In this document: piece after piece, positions 33,401 to 36,511 of the stretch
Position numbering within the stretch: position 1 is the stretch's first letter
Layout: every line of letters begins with the position of its first letter
From: Candidatus Woesearchaeota archaeon
Lineage (GTDB): Archaea; Nanobdellota; Nanobdellia; Woesearchaeales; UBA10216
Reading direction: 5' to 3'
DNA length: 54,596 nt
NCBI GenBank assembly: GCA_016180085.1
Contig: JACPBX010000006.1
Location: forward strand, 1-54,596
Made by a program: the position numbers and the translations under genes
The notes under the pieces: model-generated
Database searches by the model: none
Seen by the model: the letters and a program-made list of their open reading frames with translations, nothing else
Told to the model about the DNA's origin: nothing

Positions 33401-36048
33401 CCTGCAGGTTTGCGAATGAAAATCTCGTGTTTGCCGGCTGGGAGGCTTGCCAGGCTGCAAAGAGCTGGCTGCTGTCAGATGGCAGCGGCAACAAGACGGC
33501 AGTTGTGGAAGTAAGGGACTTGGCAGGCAACGTGAACAGGACCAATGACACTATTTTCCTGAACACTACGGGGGCAGGGCTCGACCTTACCCCGCCGGCA
33601 AGGCCGACTGTTGTGGACGACGGCACATACACAAACATAGACTCTGCGCTGCATGCAAAATGGAACGCTACTGATTACGAGAGCGACCTGCTGCACATAC
33701 CCCTGGAATGGGAATACAGGATAGCATTTGACGGCTTTGCCAGGCGCCTTAATGAGACGTGGCAGTACGCCGGAACAGCCACTGACGTTACCGTCTACAG
33801 CCTGAACCTCAGCAACAGCACCAACTACACGTTTGAGGTCAGGGCAATCAACACTGCCGGCATAAGGAGCGATAACGGCACTTCAGACGGAATTACAGTG
33901 GACATCTCGCTGCCAAGCGCGCCTGTTGTCACGAGCACCCATTCCCAGAGCGCGTGGAGCTCCAGCAACTCTGTCACGTTCAACTGGTCATCCAACGACA
34001 CGATTTCAGGCATCAGCTCATACAGCTACCTGCTTGACTCCAACGCCACAACCATTCCCGATAACGTGCCTGAGGCGGAAAACGAGCATACCACCCTTGC
34101 AAGCAGCTCTACCGACGGGAAATCAACAATCCTGAAGTTCAACAACACAGGCAACGCAACAGCAGTATTCGTTGAAGTGAAAAGCAACCTGTCAGCCAAT
34201 GACGTTGTCAGGGTTACAGTGCAGCTTGCTGAGGCGTCAACAAGCTCTCCTGACTCAATGGGCTTCAGGGCCTACGTGATAACAGCTGTTCCAACAGCAT
34301 TCAACATGACAGCAAGCAACATAAGCCTGATTGTGGACAGCAGCACAGATGTAAGCTTTGTCAGCTCGCTCCTTGACTCAACAAGCTACACTGCTGATGT
34401 GCCGATGAGCGCTGCCGTTACCGGCACAAGGTTCTTTGTGGCTGTTGCTGGCGACTTTACAGATGACAACAACAGGCACAACCTCCTGCTGGCAGCGTCA
34501 AACACGTCAATGGATGCATCAACGCAAAGCTACCAGTGCCGCGAATCTGACTCGGGCTGCAGCAATACGACAGCAACTGCTGATTATGGCATAAAGGTCG
34601 AAGTCCGCGATGTGAAGCAGGACAACGTGTGGGATAGGGCTTACACTGTTGGCGATGGGAGGATGCACTTCCACGCCAAGGCAAAGGATGGCGCAGGGAA
34701 CTGGGGCGAGACGGCCAATTACACAATCCTGGTTGACACTTCAGCCCCGTCAACGCCTCAGATGAACCAGTCACCCAAGTACACCAATACAAGCTCAGCG
34801 ACATTCAACTGGACTCAGAGCAATGACGCTGACTCTGGAGTTGACAACTACAGCCTGCAGGTTGACAACAATTCAGATTTCAGCAGCCCGGAGTTCTATG
34901 CCTGGGTCAACAACGTTACCAATTATACCGTGACAGGGCTTACCGCTGATGCAACTTACAACGCAAGGGTCCACTCGAGGAACCTTGCAGGAGTGAACAG
35001 CAGCTGGAGCAGCTCGGTGAGCACGGTCGTTGACACAACCGCTCCGAGCATCACGTTCAGCAAGCCCTCTTCAACAGGCGTTGTTGCCTCGCAGGACGTT
35101 GTCCTGGCAGTAAATACCAACGAAAAGGCAATCTGCACCTACAGCAAGTCCGGCACCGACCCGTACAGGAACTTCACATTCACGAACAGCACATACCATG
35201 AGACGAAAGTCAGCGCTGATACCGGTTCGAACAGCTTCTCTGTGCAGTGCAAGGATACCATCCTCAACACAGGAACTGCGACGCTCTCTTTCACGGTTAG
35301 CACTACTTCAACAGCATCGTCCATAACGCTGGGGAACTTGAACGTGTTCACGGCTGACGTGGTGAAGACGGACGTCATAGTGTGTCAGGTTTCCACGTCT
35401 CCTTGCCCGGCAGGTGATAAGATTGGCGAGCTTGGCTCGTCATCGTTCACTGTAAAGATTGACAATGCGCCTGTGGATGCCTCTGTGTTTGACAACGGCG
35501 CAGGGAACTACACGCTTGTGTTCAATGCGCCTGAAAGGAACGGCACTTACACGCTTGGTGTTGAGGTTGGCTCGGCATCGGCAACGAGCACCCTGAACGT
35601 GCAGGCCCTCCTGTTCACTGTGCAGTATGTGCAGTCAGGCATTACAAGCAACGCTGCCGACAGGCTCATCTACTTTGTGGCTGGAAACTTCACGCTTGGC
35701 TTGGCTACTGACAGCAAGAGCTCCTCGCAGCAGTCAACAGGCTCAGCCCTGAACCTGACCACTGATGCAAAGGAAGGCACAGCTTATATTTTCGTTACCA
35801 GGGTGGGAGGCAATGTCGAAAGGGTGGAAAGCCTGCTGAAGGACAGGTCGTTCCTTGACTCCATCAATCCGAGCTTTGGCTATGCAGTCGACCAGGACAC
35901 CTTTGTGGTCTTCACAGACCTTGAATACGATGACATAGCCCTTACAGGCAACAACACCCTGACAACAGGAAGGTACAACCTTATCATTGAGAACAAGGGC
36001 TTTGACTCAACGCTGAACAAGACGAAGCTTGAGGTGAGGGTGCAGTGA
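3463..36048 (+). CDS. Giant (~10,860 aa) secreted surface protein/adhesin: LamG (ConA-like) array, beta-helix-like segment, Ig/FN3-like repeats
   Basis: Uninterrupted ORF; N-terminal hydrophobic leader ending AFA; about 24 repeats of YW.FD...D.S..GN.G...FDG..DYV...W.H...FNG.IDEV.I.NR.LS; very dense N-x-S/T sequons. The true start may be upstream, as the frame stays open through KKGKLY with no ATG. Confidence 0.9.
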   Translation: MRFVVAVAILAAALYAYSAFAAVPAATPAIVNANATTVNGAFIANASIARATDKLFTNANFGSENGTFEENSTFKWLKRTLYQPQNRSLVAYWKLDKFRQEFQPQDRSLVGYWKLDGNAEDSSSYGRHGTISGAIPNQSQDCKIDDCLLFDGVNDYVGLGYPWDNVIGSTSNITVSAWVKGTFKSNTDHWITSDHNSGGDSASLGMLVQNQKAFFIRYVSDGSGYAQAAGTTLLKNNTWYYITGTYNGTSVNVYVNGVLEGSVANNSGMFNSVTAASIGRPGAYTGAETHFNGTIDEFAVSTYLKSTAEILSDFKASPYYARDSSSYGNDGYNISGATFNNSQNCKIDDCLYFDGFGDHVNMSNLSYYAATIEFWFNVRRGHIQANGNGTTVMQIGNGSQRDIRLGETTGSLTNEILTILDGRGVEKRTGWTSTTDVIQANTWHHAAFAWNGTAYDIYFDGEKKNAAASTADGHTPLLLADMVVLGGAFTEGPNFFNGTLDEVAIYNYAKSAGEIYSDYYNSTYRAMIYKDAVGYWHFDRDTWLTDMSGQGNNGDLIGNANASNVSGIIGQALSFDNNDDFVVVRDAASLRLNGSYTLAAWAYLNTSDNNLIFGKHSTSGSIQGYVINVDTNNNFESYFWDNTGTQRGVVGSGVVSLKAWHHFVVTYNKSDMILYLDGQVYTSTVVPAGGRVPAIGTKDLWIGRDVNQNSNTFNGFIDEVAIYNRTLSASEIKQLYLRTWYDQTPQQFLLHPSYPDELSNNTGNTTLLLHFNDGTGTTAADSSPYGNSGTINGAFFTNDSISGSAVGFDGVNDNVTFSNSALFDQTGDFTHETWVKFTGNGVVGTTDVFFVKDVNSFFYIGRDRTVNRFFVCRHLVQCFAYSKTQPKNNTWYHVAMSRNNGLITLYINGVAENTTTDSTSVSGSATSYMAGFKDQQYMSGQLDEFKIVNRTLTAAEIASDYRKGAAGVFATSDGELPTTDPYSTGVRWQPGRFVENLSLTGNYANTTLYLRMDEGSGQNVSDISGYANPGILGANGNSGTDDPVWVNDSVGGLSLKFDGINDIVNIVGASTIKPPTIFTVEAWFKSNGTNEQGVVTTGATCGDSSGWHLNSNRFILYNGVSETSLSFISPRPVNQWNHIAATYDGANLRLYLNGVQDTSVAATGAIDYSGDGGSDNVRIGMDWCSSLSSPLNGTVDEVRILNRSLSASEVLSDYKKAAKGLGLLKNSYINYSASGNFNEREGTIDFWVKPEWNGNDGNHHYLFDTQTPDSLAVLYVADSSADTHDLAAYMSNGGLYRMRYRISNWLKGDWHHVAVTWNNYTSNTTLHIDGLQVNNSGTAFAIPSQTAFHLSTTANSFYANATFSEFRISRKTLTAQEINESFSKGRQLFSNEFLLNNSNFRKGDSFKVEYTAKDKENQTGASVNSSFITVVNTPPTKPTITLTPSAPQSIQSLTCTGSGSTDVDSGDQISYYYIFNKTGTMLQDWSTTGSYSCNATTSSCNPGDQIFCFAYAFDGTDNSTDNSTSVAIQNTFPELARGSGISVIAEQPQHEALYKNYSVIASPNALFDAADPDNLHKNNLTYYYTWYKNGKLLPTKTSTSANEVLYMPFEEGEGSIVHDQSGKGNDGVLNYPDSSGNASAVWTTGRFGRALKFDGVDDNVTVPDSSSLDIGTSDFTVEVWVKREAVGGGRHIIDKRDPSSPYTGYTLYLSNDNTLAFQVNGNALNEKTVSIPNIRDGAWHNIVVSVDRDSSTGGKFYYDGIPVGVTDFSGQQGSISNTRPFVIGDTFIDGGTDNWNGTIDEVHIYDKALTADEVLRNYRSGAHGIEYWNYRKGDDVEAAIAAADSSLISFWGFDEGSGSATAYDITNRNNGTLTNMNNTGNATSGWTADAVRGASALRFDGNNDYVNTFDFGDQFDSGVTWCAWVKPLDTTSEKYYINAMASGDNEAFTLGQTAANSYRFRWRAGGTSTDATSTTTVSSEWRHLCGTWDSATLSLYVNGVSESRVALSGNTNTPTTNIRIGIRGTDTGGHNGLIDEVAIFNRSLSAQTIRYIYQNGLQKFSTQRQIMDNAQGDFQKGYSQVLNTTNQSGNVTLKLAHANIDSLKNTTGYWQLEGNGNDASGYGNTGTLTNPPVNTTGRVGWALKFDGVDDYVDIGDSNSLDASAALTVSGWFRIASACTSIEGLITKWDYQTQGTWVMETRGNGWGSGCGLLAGIADALTDAGANTGFINAPSLSQNTWFHAAFVYSGSGSANADRLKLYINGAEQTLTFSGTIPSSLTNSAATVKIGRWGGTLGRYLNGTIDEVIIVNRSLNSSEIRELYELGLYSGNLTSEIKDNRKFFSNESVLRWNEGGSKGVGNAGGNNPYSVAASYGEELEPDSNSTVLLMHFNNNETPNITDATGKTGGGARNGGLNCSATNGPDGVWGKFYHACSFDGVNDYVSAPDSDIFTFANRSFSVEAWVNPTSIDAYDMVVGHWNNDANREWLFRFGASSDFELRIFDESLLGTRGRDTTATIPTGVWTHVAATYDSSVSDPNAAIRIYINGIRADTTDISLGDFAGMENLNGNLEIGSVTGDTTRNFTGTIDELAIYNRSLSASEVMAHYLQGAQNITFQVRTGDTKGVIYFEDFDRWANGTKVNNLTGWVASDSSTTRTEIVDGALKFADATTAAGPDTNFTGLQNLTDFTIEFKLRINGTPSADTNILQVNNGTMNAGVNIIALTSGVWAGTNSQSLGVSYSTNRWYSFRIDVNGSASVPSYDVYIDGVLAKAAVAIGNNATTFRYITLAGDTSPVMETIIDDIRITAQPSKVDTTQPFVDWSEWSGPDYTHSIEGSRSAANGAMVLGLDFSEMQGNKTYDETANLNNGTISGADWTFKGKHGSALVFDGTDDVVRITDSSTLNITSNFSLELWFNVRNLSGDVTVISKEPGQGGWHCGVRSGSINVFCQIRDTAGTKIIPNMTTTPTLNEWHHLAFVYDYADKRGTLYLDGILRSTHRDTAIDNALINTSNMVTIGCREASGGVCTSTSPFNGTIDSVAIYNRSLTSAEIWQHARDRFTNASGEIIGDTNRFVQYKATLETEDTNSSPTLRDVWIEPAIAPKDIGVFKSQKQANYRSTILNSPAGQSNLTNIGVNGNNSYTTDTTPQFNFTEGQDPDFNYFNGTVDEGGPVAYWSFDAREQNATHVYDLGKDKNHGRMTNGVVCNVTSAKSGTACSFDVVDDYVNVTDSDNLDFGAGDFTMMAWANPVGATGGVDKTVLWKANDGTPDYNGYYMIFRSGNVLCGIDGTGAGNSIEIIDLINHLGGGWVHIACSVTGGSSAVTRLYVNGVLVNTSASTNIGSVSNANSLKIGVGRNGVEAYFNGTIDELSLWNRSLSASDIKSIYERDKTRFELVVANNTGFGKEYVEYSRLGVSNFSQPRDFSPSTVEDDPYTLFVEHFESLDKIRDNGGTVIGNVTIRDGKFGNGADLMGKENSGDNGIGILNYSAVGNFEAGIGSIEFWVRPQWNSNDDINHFFFESASGNYWMRKSFDNELQAGLPGYNTKYNLGSAWTAGQWHHVAVSWSNMTGIASLFLDGARVNITTTGVGSSSQLSFIVGSTSDKRFFANSTLDEFRISSIARTEFNLMNQSTYTLTSTEALSNGTKYWRVRTVDADDDRSEPGEEAISPWSQYFILNIDPTAPSIVFNSPQTPGDGSVTSGTANSVTINATVTDTFFDVCRLELYNSTNASRTNTTMTETAAGGDSTYCTATFATNDGLSYYYRVFANDTTGITTVSSQRSFRENAPANFSPYGLGSARNVSLNASRIDPATGQPQSLIPGTNTPSTSLYKLSQLVGFAENFSDADRDFEANSTFKWYRRTEAARKGLVGYWKLDGNANDSSGQGNHGNISGATPNQSQNCRIDDCLYFDGNDAVNITDRDSLDMGTGDVTIEFWINAHNWSNEQYLVNKLAGSGASDYGYGFQLVNGKLYLFVGQNTGAQDTSTTGISFVNDTWYHVVGVIEYNKAGTIYVNGVNYTDSSDAITSWSDLSNSNNLVIGRRAWASSFFFNGSIDEVAIYSYAKSAADIKADYDNSPYKAMIYRDALAYLHFDRDSWLSDASGSGNSGNMLNSGGNATNVTGVIGQALDFDGVDDSVEISNEAKFDFERTDNFSISFWMKRSNLDDSDGNNQFILGKQQALSSWRGYSLALSDSTPDVLVFTLGNTADTNSLEVQANRSLSYNDLNWHHIVVTYSGNSSANGVKIYVDGKTGLQRNVFDTLSGTTLNNVPLKIGNIADRANGHFNGSIDELAIYNRTLNESEVKQLYLRTWYDHSPQQFLLHPSYPEELSNNTGNTTLLLHFNDGTGTTAADSSPYGNSGNVSGAFFTNDSISGSALSFDGTNDYVNVSEKGTTFGMSDGTFSAWVKFANPDGNTETVASMSRDNVGADNRWALQNGSGIQLFWDVNNADISVNSDIAPKANRWYYVAYTFGSGGLKLYVDGQLKASNANTDGWDDVPASDRNPLTLGRDFDGSTNGRQWFEGVMDEVKIVNRSLSAAEIAADYRKGAAGVFASSDGEAPTADPYSTGARWQPGRFVENLSADSPGSSGNVSLYLRFDEGSGTTANDLSNYNNDGTVSGAAWVNDSAGGYALKFDGVNDDVRVANSATINFTSTITAEAWIKKDTVDADISADTIISKNDVVEFELNGGMPVCSIYTSPTSTASKTTTNLSVNRWYHIACTYDGANINVYVDGALLNQTAKTGTLQQKANPITIGEHANGDGVNSFNGTIDELRIINRSLTAAEVLADYRKAAKGLGLLKNSYINYSAAGNFNEREGTVEFWVKPEWDATTIANTYRFFDTTAATELLISKQGTSNDILIFVDTVQRLRYPAGTWLMGAWHHVAVTWNNYTSNMTLHIDGAQVNNSNAAFKIDSGGGFVLGANGIATDDYCNCTLSEFRISRKALSAQEINESFSKSRQYFSNEIFLNNSNFNKWDSFKLGYSVGDGFELSPEINSSSYLTVNNSQPSEPSVTDFGREGIYGTAESVAANRASSVTPLNATTMTAINITWNSAADNDTNDVINYTVLINNTRVCDTTELSCNTTQLPSWNGAAAFYIFNVTAFDQEWNSTTTTYAFMFDNTTPTMSVIATTDANNSFINRTWSFINLSVTEGSVDRLILNITGPSFAGTGGNGAAGSGRNISLWDKDLVGMWHFEESNGSTTANDSSGFGNHGTVTNVNSSNASVISGFNASGRLGRGMSFDGLNDYVNVSSATASLNITSSVTVEAWTRMGNQSDNAGIVGKGGVGGAAPIGPFSLWRFASDGVIFFEVGNGTARNTDANFQPTNGVWTHIVGVYNTTHTMLYKDGALVSGPNAIAFASLLSSTGSTHDLLIGRGINVDLEFNGTIDEVKMWRRALSAEEISAEYNRTASNYLVSRIASGAAAHTFSLNMTNLTNGNYSYFVWVNDSSGAVAATTATVANSGVGQREFKVDLIPPAISLIANTPANQSVLSTSYIFINTSENDAGNDHNELSAFIDFNNSLVGYWRFEDDGDTNASDFTSNNNNGTLVGFGCTSLNCNLGSGWTSAGKRGKAIMFDGANDYVSTSTSFDPLGANNYTVALWFNMNVSNSGRLFSQGNNSAGVTDKVIFSTDIDNVDYQYKNASNGNAFEGNPSTRGSTSLQAGRWYHLAVTKSGASFTAYINGNVDLATKTLRTGDQLITNTQTFGAQIMSSVSAFFNGSIDEVQIWNRALSTTEINASYSAGAYRLSRNFTGLNDGNYSYRAYVVDAAGSMNVTENRSFTVDTTAPSISFIATTDANASFLNRSYTIVNVSTTETSEHSVFVDFNRSLVGYWRFEDDGDTNASDFTSNNNNGTLIGFGCTTADCNLTGGAAGVASGFVSSGKRGKAMALDGVDDYVNISNVGSDVYTISFWMKPAVTIASSSSIMGVMRIESPFPTALFSGDYTGGLADETLGLHKGESGNKKTTAIVSYTFNAGTWYYIAIAWNSGASRYDFYVNGAAQTVSSGDTGHVALMKANDTQIGLSSSGSTAFFNGSFDEVMIWNRILNESEINASYQAGTYRYTKNFTGLNDGNYSYYAAVVDSAGTLVQTVNRTVHVDTVPPAISFIANTPANQSVLSTSYIFINTSENDAGNDHNELSAFIDFNSSLVGYWRFEDDGDTNATDFTRNNNNGSLFGFGCTSLNCNLTGGAAGVASGWTSAGKRGKAMAFDGVDDAINVSDSNSLDVNGSSMTGEAWVYFNSLLPSSSTWGIFVKNDVSDSGYQFNVKDINGGGTYPSVVMGTGAEAEVSSSTLLSANRWYHLAFTYNLTNITIFVDGVQTNTSSVNVPRSIPATTALLRIGRRGLAWNGSLDEVKIWSRALSPAEINASYQAGAYRLFRNFTGLNDGNYSYRAYVVDAAGNMNVTDNRTFAVDTVAPAIAYIEPTVANNTFVNKSWTVINTSVSESGESSAFINFNNSLVGYWRFEDDGDTNASDFTSNNNNGTLVGFGCTTADCNLTGGAGGVASGWTSAGKRGKALAFDGVGDYVNVSHSSSLSLNSVTIEAWILPNVVATAEILCKSVSDTNENYRLTQAGTTVYWDYGDGSTYAQSVSNSLPTANRWYHIAVTASAGSAGRIFIDGVEASYSNQAVAPSPLLTNTEAIDIGGCRYLSRYFNGTIDEAQIWNRALDAQEIKASFQAGQYRLFRNFSGLSDTNYSFNVTVVDWAGNLFTNETRLVVVDTTLPLISFGLGSDANGTSLARNYIHLNVTVDELNPRNLTAFLFSGATISASQNVSANKTSSFNNVTFLSVADGYYNVSVSVRDLADNVNSTPANRSFTVDTTQPLIDNGTGINAPGFRNVNWAFLNYSFTEVNNDTVYIRNGSGGVVTNTTPGQNASYFWFNFTSLDNANYTFSGWINDTAGRVNFTTNTSIVVDTVFPTVDFGLGSDVNGSSVARNYIHLNITVTELYGHNLTVSLFSGTTLAALQNVSVNTTPKFNNVTFLSVSDGYYNITIKVKDMANNTNTSVSRSITVDTTPPVISYAAPSFANASFVNVSWIFLNFSFIEVNNGTLMIRNGSTNWTNVNASSGYFFYNFSPRADGNYTFFGWMNDSAGNVAQTVNRTIVVDTVGPIVTYDSTSFANATYHKLVTINVTANDTANDHNELSAFVDFNSSLIAYYRFEDEGDTNASDFTSYNNNGTLVNFGCTTLNCNLTGGAGGTGSGWTSGGKRGRALVFDGETTLINITDTTNSPLDITSTITLEAWVKPATPPAGGNNEIISKPHTAFSSPYFMYNLDLGNVNNPRMDITIGGIRQECTAASANMGIGTWAHLVGTYNGTHVAMYVNGVLNNTCAITGTIDTNNMPLFIGGSANSGAESLFFNGTIDEVKVWNRSLSAQEINASFNAGRYRLITNITNVDGKYADGNFSYYAAVVDAAGNVNRTETRLIVLDNTVPVLNVTRLAYTNMSGCAYQSSNTSSSATIYFSSLLGSNGVEECGGQEVTLEVIFYDLYRNSLAGNLTFGEVPSNRTATNPTRIAYTIETGSGNATAALYANDTANNSATSTVTFRLDANDTLTTDNSTVSTLWVITNVTVNLTAVDRGGTSSSGANRTLWCTYTAGTAPCTPAIEIVNPVSFSLPLNCSTDSSCTIRVRYYSMDNVSNNESGGANGGQIRESNTVNIATGGTDVQDSLVNNSAIMNGSFVRTSNITNSTVNYCRVTGSLITRSTLFRGDQQLYVRNCSISDSVVIDSNLTAAIVEKRSYIDPSIVVDSIISNSSIRNSTVYYSRVENSTFCGNFSVWTAAILNNTLIDGRITFNSTNYFGPMALSSICGGVASSPVGSLAASPSAVKDGDNVTFTYTGSAVGYTVTISTGDLFALDNTSKTGITLNDNGNFPDAVANDAVYSANYSISLNNNQSDGNKTVVAQVSDNLGNNWTVRTNVTLDNTAPSAAIVINGNNLNTTSTTVTLNVTVSDATTPVMDCRFANEDRTFGSYEPCPITKVWVLSSGNGVKTVVVQARDSAGNVNDTNDTISLLGTGTVIVSPQSNEIIRGSKLVIVSAPDNAVWVTFNITNASNSAHTWNLAGTANAITNDTNPADGFSQAWTTTATAFANESRFNLTVISYDASGNQLSNDTKTNIEVDNAPPTVTLDVPNANGLYHAVVAVNASASSDTSKVRFEYRRGSGDWTVIGEAVTPPFRIDWDTSGLADAANYEVRANATDDAGNSANVSNANFEVDNTAPVVTINNPTAGTTISGTFNITFTILGTIHGVQVQFDGGSWANTDANTYHSWDTTAYIDAVHSIRIRANDSVNNTGYSDLRIVNVNNGGAPVILLEPLSNGYKSGSVDITVSGPGTTFNVTFNISNSTGFFNTTGNISAVSLDNVSSDGWSAIWDTTRFAEDGVYTVTVRAYTAANALLGSDSAINIEVDNRIPANVTTINVSDYPTDNDGSLVINWTSSTAPDLDHYNLYRSQTRGFNISTGSLLKSVAGNVTTDNVPAGSWYYKVTSVDNVGRESNASPEANTTVDLVGPTGSMDINATYVRGNDTLKFVYTGSGTGFTVVVNASEMQQLDAKVMHGFETLWQTSNNNSLNITLNNTAQAGSFSNRLVTNSSGALGQNITVNLSAASVVNLTKFNRLLLWVQANTTGNLLNLTFGNSSYTETGNFTVSISAANTWEQKIFDLSAVPQPNRTAIWYVMFNVTTSTPFTMLLDDLKASNQLSLVDNGASGDEVASDAKYTALYNITGDSVADGTKTVKALVDDGAGNFLAPQDTVTVDNTPPNGTVLINEGDTFTISRTVTLNLTFVDATSGVKDCRFSNTEPVASSYEGCQVLKVWTTTTGGGTKTVYFEVRDNAGNTNVSIDTIVLDVTVPIMIITFPLPDDVVNGTVNVTFSGAESTQPQISFDGSNWTNTTAVNFHLWNTNTGNVSDGVHSIRVRDTDPAGNIGYSESVLVTVDNIPGVVTFVQPTGGQILTGNVTVIAVAPDNTVNITFWIFNSTASRSIYVYNDTVVADGWNFTLNTALYDDGLWELFANATDSFGRVFDTASVPSLRFDNAVPTATLVTPPNGITVRGTVMINVTASSDVKQAFFEYSNDSGTNWHPIGIDFSQVGGWTFAWFTAALNDASTYRVRANVTDHVGLSAVAQNSADFTIDNTPPTVNITTPVPGSYVSGIVRINFTGNETLSSELRIDGNEWTNVTNSTSFAWNTAAYNDGTHTIQARNNDTVGNSGLSSIVSVIVDNSRPVVTITSPASNTTIRGNVTVLTIAPPDTTRLDFYVDNNTGSGWILRSSDTNKDDGWSFVWNTGLDCANECAGVRLRVNSTDAAGLISNFTVSNLEIDNVGPTVTLLSPADSTTVRGVIIASAASSSDTAQVVFEYSPDSGTTWYTIGTDPSSAGGWNITWDTRQVADASTYRVRANATDNAGLSGTAQNSADFTINNVEAATTIISPRAGSIIGGNFTVTAVAPDTAFFVQFKVFNGSGNFSFNGSLGFTNDSTPADGWSAKWNTTAFADGLYNLSAASYDVNGNYISNGTELDIRVDNTAPAAVTLTALPTFSNRNIIALNWSQSASSDVAWYNVYRSNNVSFALSSGALLKNVSSNSTVDVVLDGQWFYKVTAVDIAGRESAASNEVNATIITGAPPSELYGTLTVNDTIVNNGSSVLFAFFGSATNLNVTINQSEMGKLDNTSGSLQLNDSGINGDLVVDDATYSGIYAISMLNNISDGVKQLIAEVNDSAGNIFRPAVNITLDNTRPNVSVSVNDNVLVSIYRVVNVKVSANDTFGIGSCRYANEDRAFGEWESCVSSKVWQLSTSSGNKTVVVQAMDRAGNVQEANDTIELKLPIPLGPLTVTPVIVKNGDNITFYYDSATAGLTAVINITELARLDNTSTQQLVLHDDGAWPDSVSIDGIYTANYSIGLNNNESDGPKRITATVNDSEGNYFRPAVNITLDNTKPNATISIFGTSPAGFTNVSGEYTSSRAVTLVIAFNDTAGGTATASTGGVDSCRFANENLVFAGWEACQAAKSWLLSDGSGNKTAVVEVRDLAGNVNRTNDTIFLNTTGAGLDLTPPARPTVVDDGTYTNIDSALHAKWNATDYESDLLHIPLEWEYRIAFDGFARRLNETWQYAGTATDVTVYSLNLSNSTNYTFEVRAINTAGIRSDNGTSDGITVDISLPSAPVVTSTHSQSAWSSSNSVTFNWSSNDTISGISSYSYLLDSNATTIPDNVPEAENEHTTLASSSTDGKSTILKFNNTGNATAVFVEVKSNLSANDVVRVTVQLAEASTSSPDSMGFRAYVITAVPTAFNMTASNISLIVDSSTDVSFVSSLLDSTSYTADVPMSAAVTGTRFFVAVAGDFTDDNNRHNLLLAASNTSMDASTQSYQCRESDSGCSNTTATADYGIKVEVRDVKQDNVWDRAYTVGDGRMHFHAKAKDGAGNWGETANYTILVDTSAPSTPQMNQSPKYTNTSSATFNWTQSNDADSGVDNYSLQVDNNSDFSSPEFYAWVNNVTNYTVTGLTADATYNARVHSRNLAGVNSSWSSSVSTVVDTTAPSITFSKPSSTGVVASQDVVLAVNTNEKAICTYSKSGTDPYRNFTFTNSTYHETKVSADTGSNSFSVQCKDTILNTGTATLSFTVSTTSTASSITLGNLNVFTADVVKTDVIVCQVSTSPCPAGDKIGELGSSSFTVKIDNAPVDASVFDNGAGNYTLVFNAPERNGTYTLGVEVGSASATSTLNVQALLFTVQYVQSGITSNAADRLIYFVAGNFTLGLATDSKSSSQQSTGSALNLTTDAKEGTAYIFVTRVGGNVERVESLLKDRSFLDSINPSFGYAVDQDTFVVFTDLEYDDIALTGNNTLTTGRYNLIIENKGFDSTLNKTKLEVRVQ
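15052..18360 (+). repeat. Internal duplication of the 3780-7660 block
   Basis: Near-identical DNA linkers: 5701-5829 vs 16396-16524; 6340-6457 vs 17071-17188; 7117-7218 vs 17824-17925; 7555-7614 vs 18253-18312. Confidence 0.85.
19870..25750 (+). repeat. Five related Ig-linker plus LamG units
   Basis: SLVGYWRFEDDGDTNASDFTSNNNNGTL.GFGCT..NCNL-type motif five times; DNA TGGAGGTTTGAGGACGATGGGGATACGAACGCGAGTGACTTTACGAG identical near 20020, 20943 and 22833. Confidence 0.85.
26446..26830 (+). other. Pentapeptide-like (beta-helix-like) repeat segment
   Basis: 5-residue periodicity such as SNITNSTVNY, SISDSVVIDSNL, SIISNSSIRNSTVYYSRVENSTF. Confidence 0.6.
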
Positions 36049-36157
36049 GGGCGGCCTTACCGGTTTCATCGATTTTGACTTATGGTGAATTGACTTGTGG
36101 TAAAGATGCGTATGCGCAAGGAAAAGAAACAGCTCAGACCGGGATTGTTCAGATTGT

Positions 36158-36511
36158 TCAATACATTAGCATCGGCTTTTCTTCCAGCTTCCCTGTGACC
36201 GGGTCAACCTTGAACCCGAATACTTCCAGTACAACCACGCCAAGCAGCACTTTATCTATAATGTCGGAAATCCAGACCCTGAACAATTCTTCCTTGCCAT
36301 TAACCATTATCAGGGCCCTGCCGTGCTTGACCTTTACAGGCCCTCCCCCCGTTGCCACTGTTTGCTCCTCTACAGCCTTAATCCCGAGTTCGTCAGCCAG
36401 CCTTTGCGGCAGAACAGTCAGCATTGCGCCTGTGTCTACCATGGCCTCTACGGCAGCTGATTTTTTCTTTTCGGGGTCTGAAACTGTTATTTCAATAAAA
36501 ACATGTCCCAT
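36158..36511 (-). CDS. Small clan AA (retropepsin-like) aspartyl protease
   Basis: MGHV.IEITV...VDTGAMLTVLP, later LLGVVVLE; TATA TTTAAA about 26 nt upstream. The ORF-track start at 36949 is too long. Confidence 0.85.
   Translation of the reverse strand: MGHVFIEITVSDPEKKKSAAVEAMVDTGAMLTVLPQRLADELGIKAVEEQTVATGGGPVKVKHGRALIMVNGKEELFRVWISDIIDKVLLGVVVLEVFGFKVDPVTGKLEEKPMLMY

Noticed and set aside
3510-35378. Dozens of short alternative-frame and antisense ORFs inside the giant gene
   Set aside because: Expected shadows of a long biased coding sequence; no start context or motifs.
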